Part shown: piece by piece, positions 39,718-53,510 of the stretch | Layout: each line of letters begins with the position of its first letter | Numbering within the stretch: the stretch's first letter is position 1 | The notes under the pieces: model-generated | The model's input: the letters and a program-made list of their open reading frames with translations, nothing else | Told to the model about the DNA's origin: nothing | Database searches by the model: none | From: Malacoraja senta | Taxonomy: Eukaryota | Direction of reading: 5' to 3' | Assembly (NCBI GenBank): GCA_038087875.1 | Contig: CM075996.1 | Coordinates: 4,280,001-4,344,000, forward strand | DNA: 64,000 bases | Program-made: the position numbers and the translations under genes

Positions 39718-40854
39718 GTGAGTCCCGGCGCGGGCCCGCGATTCATTCATATCGTCGTTAAAGAGGGTTTGAAAAAACACACGGGGCCGGATAATCCCGA
39801 GATAATCACTGCTGGTCCCAACGTTAACCATCTAAACGGAGGGAGGGCGGGGTGCGAGCTGAGCTGAGGCGGAGCAGACGGGGTAGGCCGCAGGCCTGGG
39901 CCTGGGCTGGCAGTGATGGCGGCTCTGCGTGGCCCTGTGCCCGGCTCCCCGGATGGAAGCCGCTCCTTCAGGCCCCGGGTTCGGAGCACGGCGCTGGCTC
40001 GATTGTAATCTAACCCTAACCCTAACCCTTTTTAGTTTCTGGTGCCCTAATCAACAATTGTCTTTCTGCTGAAGATAAAGCTCACAATCAATGATTCATG
40101 GAGCAACTGAGCGGGACAGGCAGCATCTCTGGAGGGGAGGGGAGGGGGAATGGGTGACGTTTCGGGTCGAGACCCTTCTTCAGGCTGCCTGGTTTAACGC
40201 GCAACAAGAGCTTTTCACTGTATCTCGGTACACGTGTCAGTAATAATAAACAAAACTGGCAACTGAGTCTGAAGAAGGGGCTCGACCCCAAAATGACACC
40301 CATTCCTTCTCTCCAGAGATGCTGCCTGTCCCGCTGAGTTACTCCAGCATTTTGTGTCTTCTTGGCCCACAACTCGCACCCCCCCCCCCCCCCCCCCTTC
40401 AGCATCGATCAGAGGGCCGACCATTCATTAAACCCTGCTGGCAACGGGCTAGGAATGCCACAGGATTGGTGTAATAACCGTAGCTGGTTAGTTCTGAGTG
40501 ATGGGTGCTATTAGATAAGCTAAAATGACAAGAGGGGCAGCCATAAGTAAAAACAGCTGTCCTGATTTGGAGAGGGATGGCGAGGATAAAAGGACAACCT
40601 TGGGTGAGACCAATGTGACAGTTACTAGCAGATTGTGCAGACATAAGGAACTACACATAATGATTTGGAAATGGGTCCAAAGAAGGGTCCTGACCCAAAA
40701 CACCCCCTATCCATGTTTCCGAGAGATGCTGCCTAACCCACTGAGTTACCCCAGCACTTTGTGTCTTATTTTCACTAACAGATTATGCCATGCCCATGTC
40801 AAATCTCACGATTCTACCTGCAAATTTGCAGCGGTCAATTAATCTTCCAATCCA

Positions 40855-41060
40855 AGGTACACAAAAATGCTGGAGAAACTCAGCGGGTGCAGCAGCATCT
40901 ATGGAGCGAAGGAAATAGGTAACGTTTCGGGCCGAAACCCTTCTTCAGACCCGAAACGTTACCTATTTCCTTCGCTCCATAGATGCTGCTGCACCCGCTG
41001 AGTTTCTCCAGCATTTTTGTGTACCTTCGATTTTCCAGCATCTGCAGTTCCTTCTTTAAC
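40855..41060. mobile_element. Penelope-derived fold-back insert in RPSA intron 1
   Basis: Inverted arms; 14-bp TSD AATCTTCCAATCCA (40841-40854, 41061-41074). Confidence 0.85.
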
Positions 41061-41405
41061 AATCTTCCAATCCAGATGTCCTTGGGATGTGGGAGGAAAC
41101 ACGTCACAGGGAGAAGGTGCAAACTCCAGTTGAGATCGGGATTGGATGCTGGTTTCTAGCATTGCGAGGCAGCAGCTTTACTAGCTGAACCAGGTGACTT
41201 ATTTGGAGACCCGGGTTCTGTAGCCTGGGTTTTCAACCTGCAAGGTATCTGCTCTAAACAGAATATGTCAACCACATGACATTCTGTTAATTTTAACAGA
41301 AAAGGCATTTCAGCTAATTTTAATGGTAACAGAACAATCTACCTCCTGGTGGCATGGTTTGCAAGTAAAATTGTTATCTCTGTGGTTCTGCTCGGCACTC
41401 CTGAG

Positions 41406-41792
41406 CAAAGATCCTATAGCAAGCAAGATAGATCACTCGACGAAAAAGACGTACGGTCATGGGCAGATTCATGGGTAATTTAAGGCCCCATTTCCGTAAC
41501 CGGCTTCCGTCTCCGCACCAAAGATCCCATAGTAATAGTGCGGAGACGGAAGCCGGTTACGGAAACATCATCGTAAAAATAAAAGTTATTTGGTAAAAAT
41601 CTTCTCATTTTCAGAATTTTAATTTATGAACACGAACTGATCCCCCGCAATGCCTATTACACTGCGAGTCGCGTCCGGTCCGGTTACTGAAATGGATGAA
41701 AATAAGGCCCACGTCCCGTTTCGTTGCGTGCTACATGTCAGCCCATTGCATTTAGCAGGAGTGGTCTATCTTGCTCCGTTATAGGATCTTTG
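41406..41792. mobile_element. hAT-type MITE in RPSA intron 1
   Basis: TIR CAAAGATCCTATA; 8-bp TSD CTCCTGAG/CTCTTGAG. Confidence 0.82.
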
Positions 41793-41878
41793 CTCTTGAG
41801 TGTTGTACATTTCAGCTTCCTGGTCTTTATTTCACGCATTGGCCTCTCGTCCCTCAGGTTACCCGTCGTAACTTTTAA

Positions 41879-42160
<282 letters not shown>

Positions 42161-42279
42161 TAACCCAGTTATGTTTTGGGACGGTGTCTGTTTCATTTTT
42201 GTAGTGTTCCTAACTATCCTGAAAGCGTATCTTAATGATCAGACTAACATTTTCAATGTTCTTTTTTTTTTACCCCTCC

Positions 42280-42434
42280 TGCACATTCTTAAAACTCAGT
42301 GCTACGGTCAGTTGCTGGCCAGTGAACTCTTGAGTGTCGGAGATGTGCTACAGTAAAAGTGGCAGGTATTTCGCTAACACCACAAGAGTCCTCGACTTGA
42401 TGAGTGGGGTTTGATGATACTTCCTGCCACAGAG
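42280..42434 (+). ncRNA. SNORA6: H/ACA snoRNA, SNORA6-like (RPSA intron 2)
   Basis: TGCACAT...ATGTGCT 5' hairpin with TTAAA/GTCGGA pocket; hinge ACAGTA; GGCAGG...CCTGCC 3' hairpin; terminal ACA; known host gene. Confidence 0.88.
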
Positions 42435-43559
42435 ACTCTAGAAGTGAAGTACGGCACTTGATGCTGCATATAGAGGTTCTGCTGACAAGTGGATTTGAGT
42501 TGTGAAGAGATGGCATATTTAGCTTTAAACCATCGTGGTGTGATTGGAATATGGATAAGACGATTTACATTGTTGAATAATTCTTTAACTCCATCTTATC
42601 CCCAAATTGTGTGCACTCTGAAATTTTTCAACTCGTGTGCAAGGCTGTTTGACCACCAGAATTCCACGGTGTAATCTACTAGACAAATTTCCATTTGTAA
42701 AATGCATATCATCCTGAGTGCTTTGTATTCCCATCACACTGCTCCATTGGCTGATGTCCACCTTTAGCACTCCTTATGGGAGATGGACTTAAACTTTCAT
42801 TGAATTCTCCAATCCCTCTCTTAAAAAACACTGTAACGTTGTGTGACCATGTGACAAATTAATCTCTTTCTGTGGCTTTTCCGATTTTATCTGGTAATAG
42901 TTTGCAGCGTTTTGTGTTAAAGGTGTATTGTATTTCCAATTGGTTTTGAGACCGCCAGACGATCATAAATCCTGTCTCAAGGGTTTCCTAGCATCTTGGC
43001 CCATTGTATTCCCAGAGCTTTACTGAGCTTCTCAAACATCATGAGCAAATACATCATCTCCATATGGAGAGTTACTCGAGTATCTGCACCCACCTCCCCT
43101 TCAGGGAGTGTATTCCAGAACAATGAGAACATAACTGTGTGCAGCCTTCATGGACGGTGTAGTTCATGGAGTTGGTGGGGGATATCACACACCATGTTCA
43201 TGTTTTCCAAAGGCAAAAATAATACAGATAAACATGATGTCTGATTTGCATTCTGTTGTACTTTTAGCATTCTGTTCATAGATCTTAAGCTGCCATCCAT
43301 CAATGCTGGAATTTTGATTAAGAACCTACTCTTTCCAAAGTTCAGCCATTGAAAACGCGCACGTGTGAAATGAATGGCAATGGAGCTTTGGGACCTGGTG
43401 CTGGAGTGGATGGAGGGACAGTAAACTATTGCCCAGGTTGTCAACAGAAAGCTGGCTGGTTAGAGTTAGCGAGGGGGACAGAGAATCATACTGTCGGATG
43501 CCCACTTTTGGTGGATTTGTACCGTGTTCAAGAATTGGTTCCGCTTTGTTACGTTTTGA

Positions 43560-43909
<350 letters not shown>

Positions 43910-44788
43910 TATGTTTTTGTACCTGATCCACATTTAGATGCTGATGACACAGCAGTATCAGTGTGTGAAGAAGGGTTCCGACCCGAAACGTCACCCTTTC
44001 CTTCTCTCCAGAGATGCTGCCTGTCCCGCTGAGTTACTCCAGCATTTTGCGTTTATCAGTAGTATGAAGTATGAAAATATTTGAAAGCTAATAGTCGCAG
44101 CGGATTCAATGGTGATTCCTACTGAGCGGGAATTGCATGATTGAAGTTTATGGAGATTTAAAGAATGGGATATTGGGTTTAGTTTAGACATACAGCATGA
44201 AAACAGACCTTTCTGCCCACGGAGTCCATGTTCACCCGTTCACACTAGTTCTACGTTATCCCACTTTCTCATCTACACACTACACTGTAGGGGCAATTTT
44301 GCAGCGGACAATTTTCATCCACAAACCTACACATCTTTCGGATGTGGCAGGAAGCAGGAGCACCCGGAGGAAACCCATTCGGACACAGTGAGAATGTGCA
44401 AACTCCTCAAGAACAGTACCCGATATCAGGATTGAACAAGCATCCCTGGCGCTGAGAGGTGCAGAGAACAAGAGGTGCAGCTCTAGCAATATCATCATGA
44501 TGGTACTTTAAGGTGCCTTACAGTAGATAATTGTAAATGAGGGCTCAGCAGTGTAGAGAGGAGATGTTATACATGGATACAAAATGCTGGAGTAACTCAG
44601 GGGGACAGGCAGCATCTCTGGAAAGAACGAATGGGTGACATCACCCATTCCTTCTCTCCAGAGATGCTGCCTGTCCCGCTGAGTTACTCCAGCCATTTGT
44701 GTCGACCTTTGATTTAAACCAGCATCTGCAGTTCTTTCCTACACAGACATGTTATACAATTGTTTAACGACTGGCTTTCTGTCCTCAG

Positions 44789-45034
44789 CGCGCGGTCCTA
44801 AAGTTTGCTGCTGCCAGTGGTGCCACCCCGATTGCTGGACGGTTCACCCCAGGTACATTTACCAATCAGATCCAGGCTGCTTTCAGGGAGCCCCGCTTGT
44901 TGGTTGTAACCGATCCTCGCCAGGACCACCAGCCCTTGACCGAAGCATCCTATGTCAACATCCCCACTATTGCCATGTGCAACACCGACTCGCCCCTCCG
45001 CTATGTGGATATCGCTATTCCATGCAACAACAAG
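44789..45034 (+). CDS. RPSA: RPSA exon 4 ([38 protein letters not shown]...IPCNNK)
   Basis: AG/GT; 246 nt. Confidence 0.96.
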
Positions 45035-45707
45035 GTACAGTCTTTCATTGCAATGACTTCGCCTTTGCAGTTTTTACATGGTTGGAAACTTGCTCCTTGG
45101 GATAACGCAGTAAATCCCCATCTTGATCAGTACGGGGTGTCAGGGATTATAGGGAGATGGCAGGAGAATAGGGTTAGGATGGAGAGATCAGCCATGATTG
45201 AATGGCGGAGTAGACATGATGGGCCGAATGGCCTAATTCTACTATCACTTATGATCCTTCTGGCAATGTTTTCTCTGACTAGTGCTGGCCAAGATTATAA
45301 ACACTCCCCCTCTCGCTTTTGAGTAGCCGGATCAGCTGAGACCTTTCAGCAATCCTAGCTGGAATAAAAATATAAGATAAATCCTATCAGACAAGCGCTG
45401 GTGAGGAAAATGGATGTGTTCTGTGTCAATGTAGCATCCATTTTCAAATGCAATGTTAGCATTTGTACCACGGTTAATTTATTGGCCATTGGCAGCACTG
45501 TAATCGATTGAGCATGAACGTACTAGGAAATGCAATATCATTGAACGCAGCGAGTTCATGGAATTCTGATGTGAAGAACTGACAGATGTTCTGCATGCAG
45601 ACGTTCGGGATGTTGTGCTGCATTGTCTCCAAACAATTTCATAGCCTCAGGACTTGGTTTTAGAGAGAGGGTAGCAGTTTGGGTCGACTCTGGTTTGGAG
45701 GCAGATT

Positions 45708-45857
45708 TGCACATTGTTAGAACCTGGAGCTGAGGCCAATGTGGCCGATGAACTCTGGGTGTAGGAAATGTGCTACATAATCATGCAGGTACCTTTAACA
45801 TTGCTCGAGTCTATATGGCTCACTCAGTGAAGCTTTGTAGTAATACCTGCTACATCA
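45708..45857 (+). ncRNA. SNORA62: H/ACA snoRNA, SNORA62 (E2)-like (RPSA intron 4)
   Basis: TGCACATTGTTAGA...GGCCGATGAACTC..GTGTAGG..ATGTGCT as in E2; H box ACATAA; GCAGGTA...TACCTGC stem; ACA 45852-45854. Confidence 0.85.
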
Positions 45858-46511
45858 CCAATGTCGTCTTTACTATGTGTGGGTTCACATTAGGCAATTG
45901 GCTGAGAGACCTTGAGCTGCTCAGGAACTATAGAATAAAGACCTTGTCAATAGTGGTGTGGAATGTTTTAAATTAGTCCTTTTAAATGATACTCTTTAAA
46001 TTGTAGTGGTAGATAATAATTTACAGAATTTACCCAAAGATTGGGGTGTTATACATGACAATAGGGACTGTTTGTGGCTGTAAAGCACTTTGGGATGTTC
46101 TGATGTGACCCAGGTCCATATAATGCAGATTTCCAGGTGTATTACAGTGACCTCCACCTTGGTCCAGGTGGGTGGTTACTAGAGTAAGGAGATTGGCTGT
46201 GAGACGGCTCCCTGATCAAGAAAAATGACACAGCCTCTTAATAACTATCGCTGAGCTCTCTGCACCAGGTGAGTGGGTGCAGAGTAATCCCTGGAGTTGT
46301 TCTGCCCTTGTGTAACGTGACAGTGAAGGTAAATTGACATGGTTTAGGTTGTAACCACATTGCAAAAGCCCACTTATTCTCTGTATGTCTTTTTGTTCAT
46401 TACTGTGCATGAATTAAACCTATCTAGCTGGGTTTGTTGTTTTGATGCAACTGTACGAGAGAGGACAATGGTAGTGAGAAACTGTTTTGTAACAGGTGTC
46501 TTGAACACTAG

Positions 46512-46730
<219 letters not shown>

Positions 46731-47729
46731 TAGAGTTTTTGCCAGACCTGCCTAATTCAGCGACACAAGCACAGAACATCAGCCACGCGGGAACGTCTGC
46801 TCGTCTTTTGTCAGCAAGGAGATTCATTTTTGATCAGTGAGAAATCCCTACAAATGAGGTTGTTTCTGGCCATTTACGGTGCTATGATATCCAGCTCCCA
46901 GAATGTTCATTGCATCCACTACTAGTGAGTGCACTGCAGTTATAATGTGCCCACCACAAAATGCCTTGCAGTGACTTGGCTAGGCTGTTCCGACAGCATC
47001 TCCCGTGACCTCCGCCACCAAGAAAGACAAGGAGAGCAGGTACATGGAAATGTCACCACCTGACGCCTATATCCCTGCTCCTCTTCAGTTGCTGAGTGGG
47101 TCCTTGAGCTCCCTCCCCAATCGCACATTGGGAGCACCTACCTAGCAGTTCACAATCTCCTTCTCAAGGGCAGTTAGAGTAGAGCTACAAATCCATGTCC
47201 ATGCTGGTGATGGCCAATACTTGACGAATAAAGGGGAAAGTACTTGGATTTCTCACAGCATTCTCATTTTTGTTGTTCCTCAATCCTTCCGTTTGGATTT
47301 TGCCCCCTTTTGAAATCAAAACTAAACCTTGTAAGTGTACATTTGAATTGTTGGACATCTGATCATCCATAAACTTTGGAATAGACATCAGAGTCCGGTT
47401 TGAGTAAATATTACATGGGTTGATTTCTTGCTCCATTTCCTGTAACGATGCTGCTGTTCATCGTGGCGTGTGTAATTTGATCCAAAAGGCAGCGCTGCTT
47501 ATCTGGCTGTTGGCAGTTTATCTGCTCAATACCCAGTCGACCTGTAGAAATGAAGTTGGAGAATCTGGATGTGCCCATTGCTGATACATCCCACTGTTGC
47601 CTCATTTGTCTGACTTGTCAGCTGGGTGCCAGAGTGTGTATCCTTCCAAGGGGCTGTAGTCTTGCTGTAGGACAACAGAGTATCTGACCCATTGGTTAAC
47701 ACGTGCTTGTCCTCTGCTGTGTGTTACAG

Positions 47730-47898
47730 ATCGAGAAGGAGGAACAGGCTGCCGCAGAGAAGGCCGCTGGCAAGGAGGAATACCAGGGAGAATGGACTGC
47801 TCCTGTGGCCGAGTTTGTTCAGCCTGAAGTGACAGACTGGTCTGAGGGCGTGCAGGTCCCCTCCGTGCCCATCCAGCAGTTTGCTGCTGCTGCAACTG
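47730..47898 (+). CDS. RPSA: RPSA exon 6 ([25 protein letters not shown]...QQFAAAAT); possible alternative donor at 47979
   Basis: ORF 47703-47990; acceptor TTACAG; two in-frame donors. Confidence 0.88.
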
Positions 47899-49018
47899 GT
47901 AAAAACATGGCGGAGACGCTGGAGGCAGCAGTCAACCCCTACGCCAAGCCTGCAACATTCACCCCTGAGACAGCGACAAGTGAGTTCTAGGCTGAGCAGT
48001 GTGTATGGAACGATTGGCTTGGGCGAGGAGAGAGAGAGTGTGTGTGCGTATATGTATGGATGCATTTGGAAACTTGCAACGGTCTTGTGATAATGAAGTG
48101 ACGATACACGCCTGGGCCGCTCATGACACCCCTCCCGTTTCTCGAAAACACCATAGAGTACTGATGTCTCCTATCCATGTTGTCCAGAGATCCTGACCTG
48201 CAGAATTAATCCAGCAATTTGTATCCGTTTGTCTATTAACCTTCATCTGCCGTCATCGGCAATAACACACCACTCCCTCGGCTATGGTCTGTATTCAGTC
48301 AACCTTCGCTGTAGCATCCCCTCCCCTTCATCAGCCATCTGGTTGTCTCCTCCCCTCCCCCAGCCCTCGGGCTCCTCCTCCGCCTTTTTCCTTTTTTTCC
48401 TTTCTTCTCCCCACCCCCTATCAGTCTGAAGAAGGGTTTCGGCCCGAAACGTTACCTATTTCCTTCGCTCCATAGATGCTGCTGCACCCGCTGAGTTTCT
48501 CCAGCATTTTTGTGTACCTTCGCTGTAGGCAGGTCATTCAATTCACATTTCAGTTTACAATGCCAACTGTGGCTGCTCGGAATTTCAACTGAGCTCTCGT
48601 AATTGTGTCTGGAAGATTGGGGGGGGGGGGGTGTGTGGGGGGGACCATCAGTTGCAGGAACATTGTTGTTGTCAAAGTATTTGGCTTGTTTTTTTTGTCT
48701 TGGTTTGTTTGTTCACATTTTTGGCCACTTAAATCTGAGGAAAGACCCAACCATATTCAGTATTTAGCATAGTGTGGAAAAATGCCGTGGGGGTGGGGGG
48801 GGGGGGGGTTGCGAGAGAAAGGGTCTCGAACAACTGCAGCTGAGCACCACATGTTGGCTCAAGGAAAGGCACCATTTCAGTGGTTTAAGTAGCGAGATGA
48901 TTTGAATGGAGCCCAAATGAATGACGTGTGCTGGGAATAAAAGTTGCCACTAGACTGCACTTAGACTGTCGTTCTCCGCGATGGATAGATTTGCTCATGC
49001 TTTTCTTTCTCTCAACAG

Positions 49019-49113
49019 AGGACTGGAGTGCCCAGCCTGCTGCTGAAGACTGGTCTGCTGCTCCAACGACCCAGGCTCCAGAGTGGGGTGGTGCCACAGC
49101 TGATTGGTCTTAA
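49019..49113 (+). CDS. RPSA: RPSA last exon ([31 protein letters not shown])
   Basis: DWS repeats; TAA 49111-49113. Confidence 0.95.
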
Positions 49114-49154
49114 AGCTCACTGGCCTCTCCTTCCTACATTTGGGGATAGAATGA

Positions 49155-49160
49155 AATAAA
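49155..49160 (+). terminator. RPSA polyadenylation signal AATAAA
   Basis: About 40 nt after the stop, followed by T-rich sequence. Confidence 0.75.
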
Positions 49161-52100
49161 AGAAACAGATTTCTAAATGTCTTGCTTATTTAATAATCTT
49201 CTTCTTGCGAATGAAACATAAACCAAAGGAATAGTTAGATCTCAAGTTGGGTGTTGAGCAGCCAGGTTGTTGTCTCTGTGTCAATGTCTGCCAGGCACTG
49301 AGCTCCATTTGGTGGGTGTTAGAGCGGGCACCCAGAGATGACATGGTTGTTCTGCTCTGCATTCACAGGCTGGGCTCTGGCGGAGCCCCCATCTCCACAT
49401 GCTGGCATTGAAACACCCAACTCCAGTACCAAGTCAGTTGAGCTTCACGTTTCGGCCCGAAACGTTACCTATTTCCTTCGCTCCATAGATGCTGCTGCAC
49501 CCGCTGAGTTTCTCCAGCATTTTTGTGTACCTTCTGAGCTTCACCCATGCTCCTCTGGGGAGGTCAGACCCTGGACAGCTTTTATCTGGTGAAGAGATGT
49601 ACCTGTGTAATGGAGATGAGGATGACTTATTTAATGACTGAATATCTCACCGTACTCTGGGGGACAGGCCTCGTGGTCGGCTGGCCACAGTGTGACATAG
49701 TTCTTCAGTCTGAAGAAGGGTTTCGGCCCGAAACGTTGCCTATTTCCTTCGCTCCATAGATGCCGCACCCGAGCTTCTCCAGCACTTTTGTCTACCTTCG
49801 ATTCTCCAGCATCTGCAGTGCCTTCTTGAACACAGTGTAACATATATCGGCAACTGGGTTCTTAGTCTCTGTTAACAATCACTGTGAGGTCAGGCATGCA
49901 AAGAGTGATTGGCAAATGCGGTGAATTAGTTTGAAGTGTTCCTTGATCCCAACAATAGAGATACCTTGGGTGGTTTCAGTCTCGTGGGTATATCTGATCA
50001 GATAGTGAGGTCCGGCTCTCCACTCATTACTCAATTAGTACTGGTACTGTCTCAATGCCAGTCACTTCCTGCAGTCTGTCAAGAGGGTTTTATTGTCATA
50101 CGACTAAACACAACAACATAAAGGTTCTATATATATAAAACAAACAAACACCTGTCCCCTGAGCCTTGGTTTGCATTCCCTTACAAGACTTGTCGTGGCT
50201 GAAGGGGATGGCTCTTATATAAGGGAAGTGGATCCCACCAGTGTGTTAAGGCCCCTTGGCTTTGAGGGTGGAGAGTGTTTATCTGGAGTCTCATGACTTA
50301 AAACAGAATTATTTCTGAACAGCACAGCCTGGTATTTTCAACTTGATTTTCATCAGAAGAGAACTGGTTGAATCCAGTGCGGTATGGCAGAGGTCGCCGG
50401 GAACCTGCTGAGTGGTACCAGTGTTTTTGTCCCACTTGTCCACATCAACAGGCAGAGGATGTATACAAATATGGATCGTCTGCAGTCAGCAGCTGGCTAT
50501 AACGGGACTATCTCATTACATTAGCAGATGGCTGGGGTGACACAGTCAAAGATCAATTATAAATATAGCAACGTGTACACGTGGATAGCTCGGTGCTTGA
50601 TTGAACTGGTTCCACTGCATGAAAATGCAAGCTGCTGCTTAGTCAAAAAAATTGTGCATCGCGTCTGCAAGATGCCGCGGGTTTGAACGGCCGTTGGTGT
50701 CACAAGTTGAGTGCTGTAGTTGTGGGATTGAAGGCTTGTAATGTTGGGTGTGCAAGGTTACTGCTTGGCACGTCCTGGCTGTATCGCTATTAATGGGGCA
50801 GGTTTGCTGACATTTCTTCACCTGCTTGGGTTACTTTCTCTTCCAAAGTTAGGAATCTAAATGCGTTTTCAGGTGATTTGTGAGGACGGCCTTTATAATT
50901 AATTAACTAACATCTCTGGTAAATTGAGAAGGGCTTTTATATTAACGAACATCTCTGGTGAATATCGGTATAATAAAGACCCATTGCAGTAATTATACAA
51001 ATTGCAAAGGATCAGATGCTTATGAACTGCTTTTAATTTCACTCTTTCACAGTAGTCTACATTCACAGTGATATGAATATTGATTTCTCTAACTTCAAGT
51101 AACCCCTGCACTCCCTCTCCATCGCTCCCCCCCCCCCCAAGTCGCATCAGGTTCCTGTTCTCACCTAGCAATGGCTAACAATACCGTTTCCTTTATCACC
51201 ATTACTTTTTTGCATATCTTTCATTCATTTGTTTTATATCTCTACATCACTGTCTATACATCTCCGTTTCCCTTTCCCCAGACTAGTCTGAAGAGTCTCG
51301 CCCCATTCCTTCTCTCCAGAGAGCCTATCCGGCTGAGTTACTCCAGCTTTTTGTCTATTAAGCCCCATAGTCTGCAGGTTATCAATAGTTGAAGTGGTTT
51401 TGAAAAGACAATGGTTTATTCAGCCTTATCTTCTTCAATAGATAGTGATAAAGGGCACTGCCCATTCCACCTCCTGTCTCTTCACAGTAAATGACTGCGA
51501 GTGTGTTAATGTCGAGTTAACCTCATGGTCCCGACACAATGCGGCCAGCCCCGTCTGCAGAAGAGGACCTTGGAAGAACTGTATTCCGCTCGCCACCAGC
51601 CCGAATCACATCCATTCTTTTGCGCCTTGCAATATAGAGCTGGAAAGTGGCAAGGATGAGTGTGAGGGGAGTGGAGAAGCAAAGGACAATAATGTCTGGT
51701 TGGCATCTTCTACATTCTCCTTTCCAGCATGGTAACCTTTCATCCAAATAGAGAGAGCTCCCAGGATATTTAAACAGGGAATCATTGTCCATTGCTGGTT
51801 GTTTTTTCATACTTGTACCCACATTGCAAATGAGGCTTGGAGCACTCACACTCACACTCCCTTGTCTGTTGTTAATGAATGGAGAGTACTTTTGTCAATG
51901 ACCTGTGCAGACCGAGCAAAGACACAGAACCATCCCAGCTTGGGTCAGTTTCAAAAACTGGGCCAAACCTCAACCATTTGTGCAAAGACCCAAAATTAGA
52001 CCCCGACTTCAGGCAAGGACGCCAAATGCTTAAAGCTGGTAGGAATGTAGTTTAATATTTCACCTCTTTTAAAGGTGTGCATCTGTTAATCACCACACTG

Positions 52101-52829
52101 TACAATCTAAGCAAACGCCACAACTTTCTCCAAGGAATGCAACTGCTTGGGTACAGATTAATGAAACGCCTCGTCAGATTACATCAAGAAACCCAAACAT
52201 TCGAAATGTATGCCCCAATTAAAAAGTACAGGAATCTTCCATATCCAAAAAAAAGCAGGCTGGTGTTGCTAAAAGAACAGCCACATAACCAGCAGTTAAA
52301 CACAGTCAATGTGACACAGTCTGTCTCGTCAGCAGAAGATGCATCCCAGTTTGAAAGAAAAGAAAGATTGAACTACATCGGAAGTTGATTCTGGGCTGAC
52401 AAAAGCCCATCACAAAGTGGTAAGTACAGTTCTTCCCACTCCCTGACACCCAGCTACCAATCAACATTCTGCCTGATCTGCAATATTGCTAATCACATAT
52501 CAATAATCAAGTTCTGTTCTTGGGGGCATTCCCACCACTGTCTGACCGACTGGAGGATGGGTTAGAACGTCAGCACCATGCCGGGCACATCCAGTGCCCA
52601 CGAGGTTAAGGCATCGACCCTTGCCCACAGCCCCATAAGCAATCAAAAAACACCCAAACTTCCCCAAATGTCATTTCAAGGTCTCAATGCTATTCTGTAC
52701 ATAAGGCTCACTGGGTATTGGATTAAATAAAAGATGTAGTAAACAGTCATTTGTCTTTAAGTCCCAATTTAACTCTCAGCCTTGCCCTGCAAATGTCCTT
52801 GGGCCTCGCCGTCCTTTTGGCCCAAATCT

Positions 52830-53510
52830 TCCCTGCACACCCCCATCCCCTCCTTCATCAGCCGCTGCCTCACCCTTGGGTTCGACCACGCTCTCACTCT
52901 CCAGGCACCCACACACCAGCCACCTCTCTCCCTGTAGCACACTACCTCTCCCTATGCCCCCCCCCCCCACACACACACTCTCTATCCCTCGCTCATCCCT
53001 AGTATGCTTCTGTCCCTCAACCCTCCCGCACCTTATCCCTCCTGAGGCTCCCTTGCCCAGCTCTCCCCAAAAACCTCACCCATGTCTGCCCCCTTCTCTC
53101 ATATCCATCTCATCACCCGCCCAACATCATTTCCCCACCTACCTCCCCACTCTATTTCATCACCCACCTTCGACTCCGCCACCCATTTCCCCACCCCTCC
53201 ATCTTTCTCCCCTGTCCACCCCTCCGATCCCCACTCTCCCCTTTCCGTTCCTTCCCCACACACTCTCTCTCTCTCTCTCATCACTCCTCACGGCTCCCAG
53301 ATTATGTCTCCCATCAAGCCTTTGGGCTTTACACTGTCCCTTGATCCCCCCCCCCCCCCCCCCCCCATCATCCACAGTGCCTTTGGGATCCTCCCCTCAA
53401 CTCTCCCCTCCAATCATCGTGCTTCCCACCATTAAACGCTCACCTTTCTCTCTGGCCCTTGGACTCCCCTTTGTCTCCTTGCTCCTCAGCCTCCCCTCCC
53501 CCATCCCTAA
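52830..53510. repeat. Pyrimidine/C-rich low-complexity tract
   Basis: Direct reading; yields spurious Pro/Ser-rich ORFs. Confidence 0.7.

Noticed and set aside
40011..40027. (TAACCC)3 telomere-like repeat; also near 24939
   Set aside because: Too short to support an interstitial telomere or healing event
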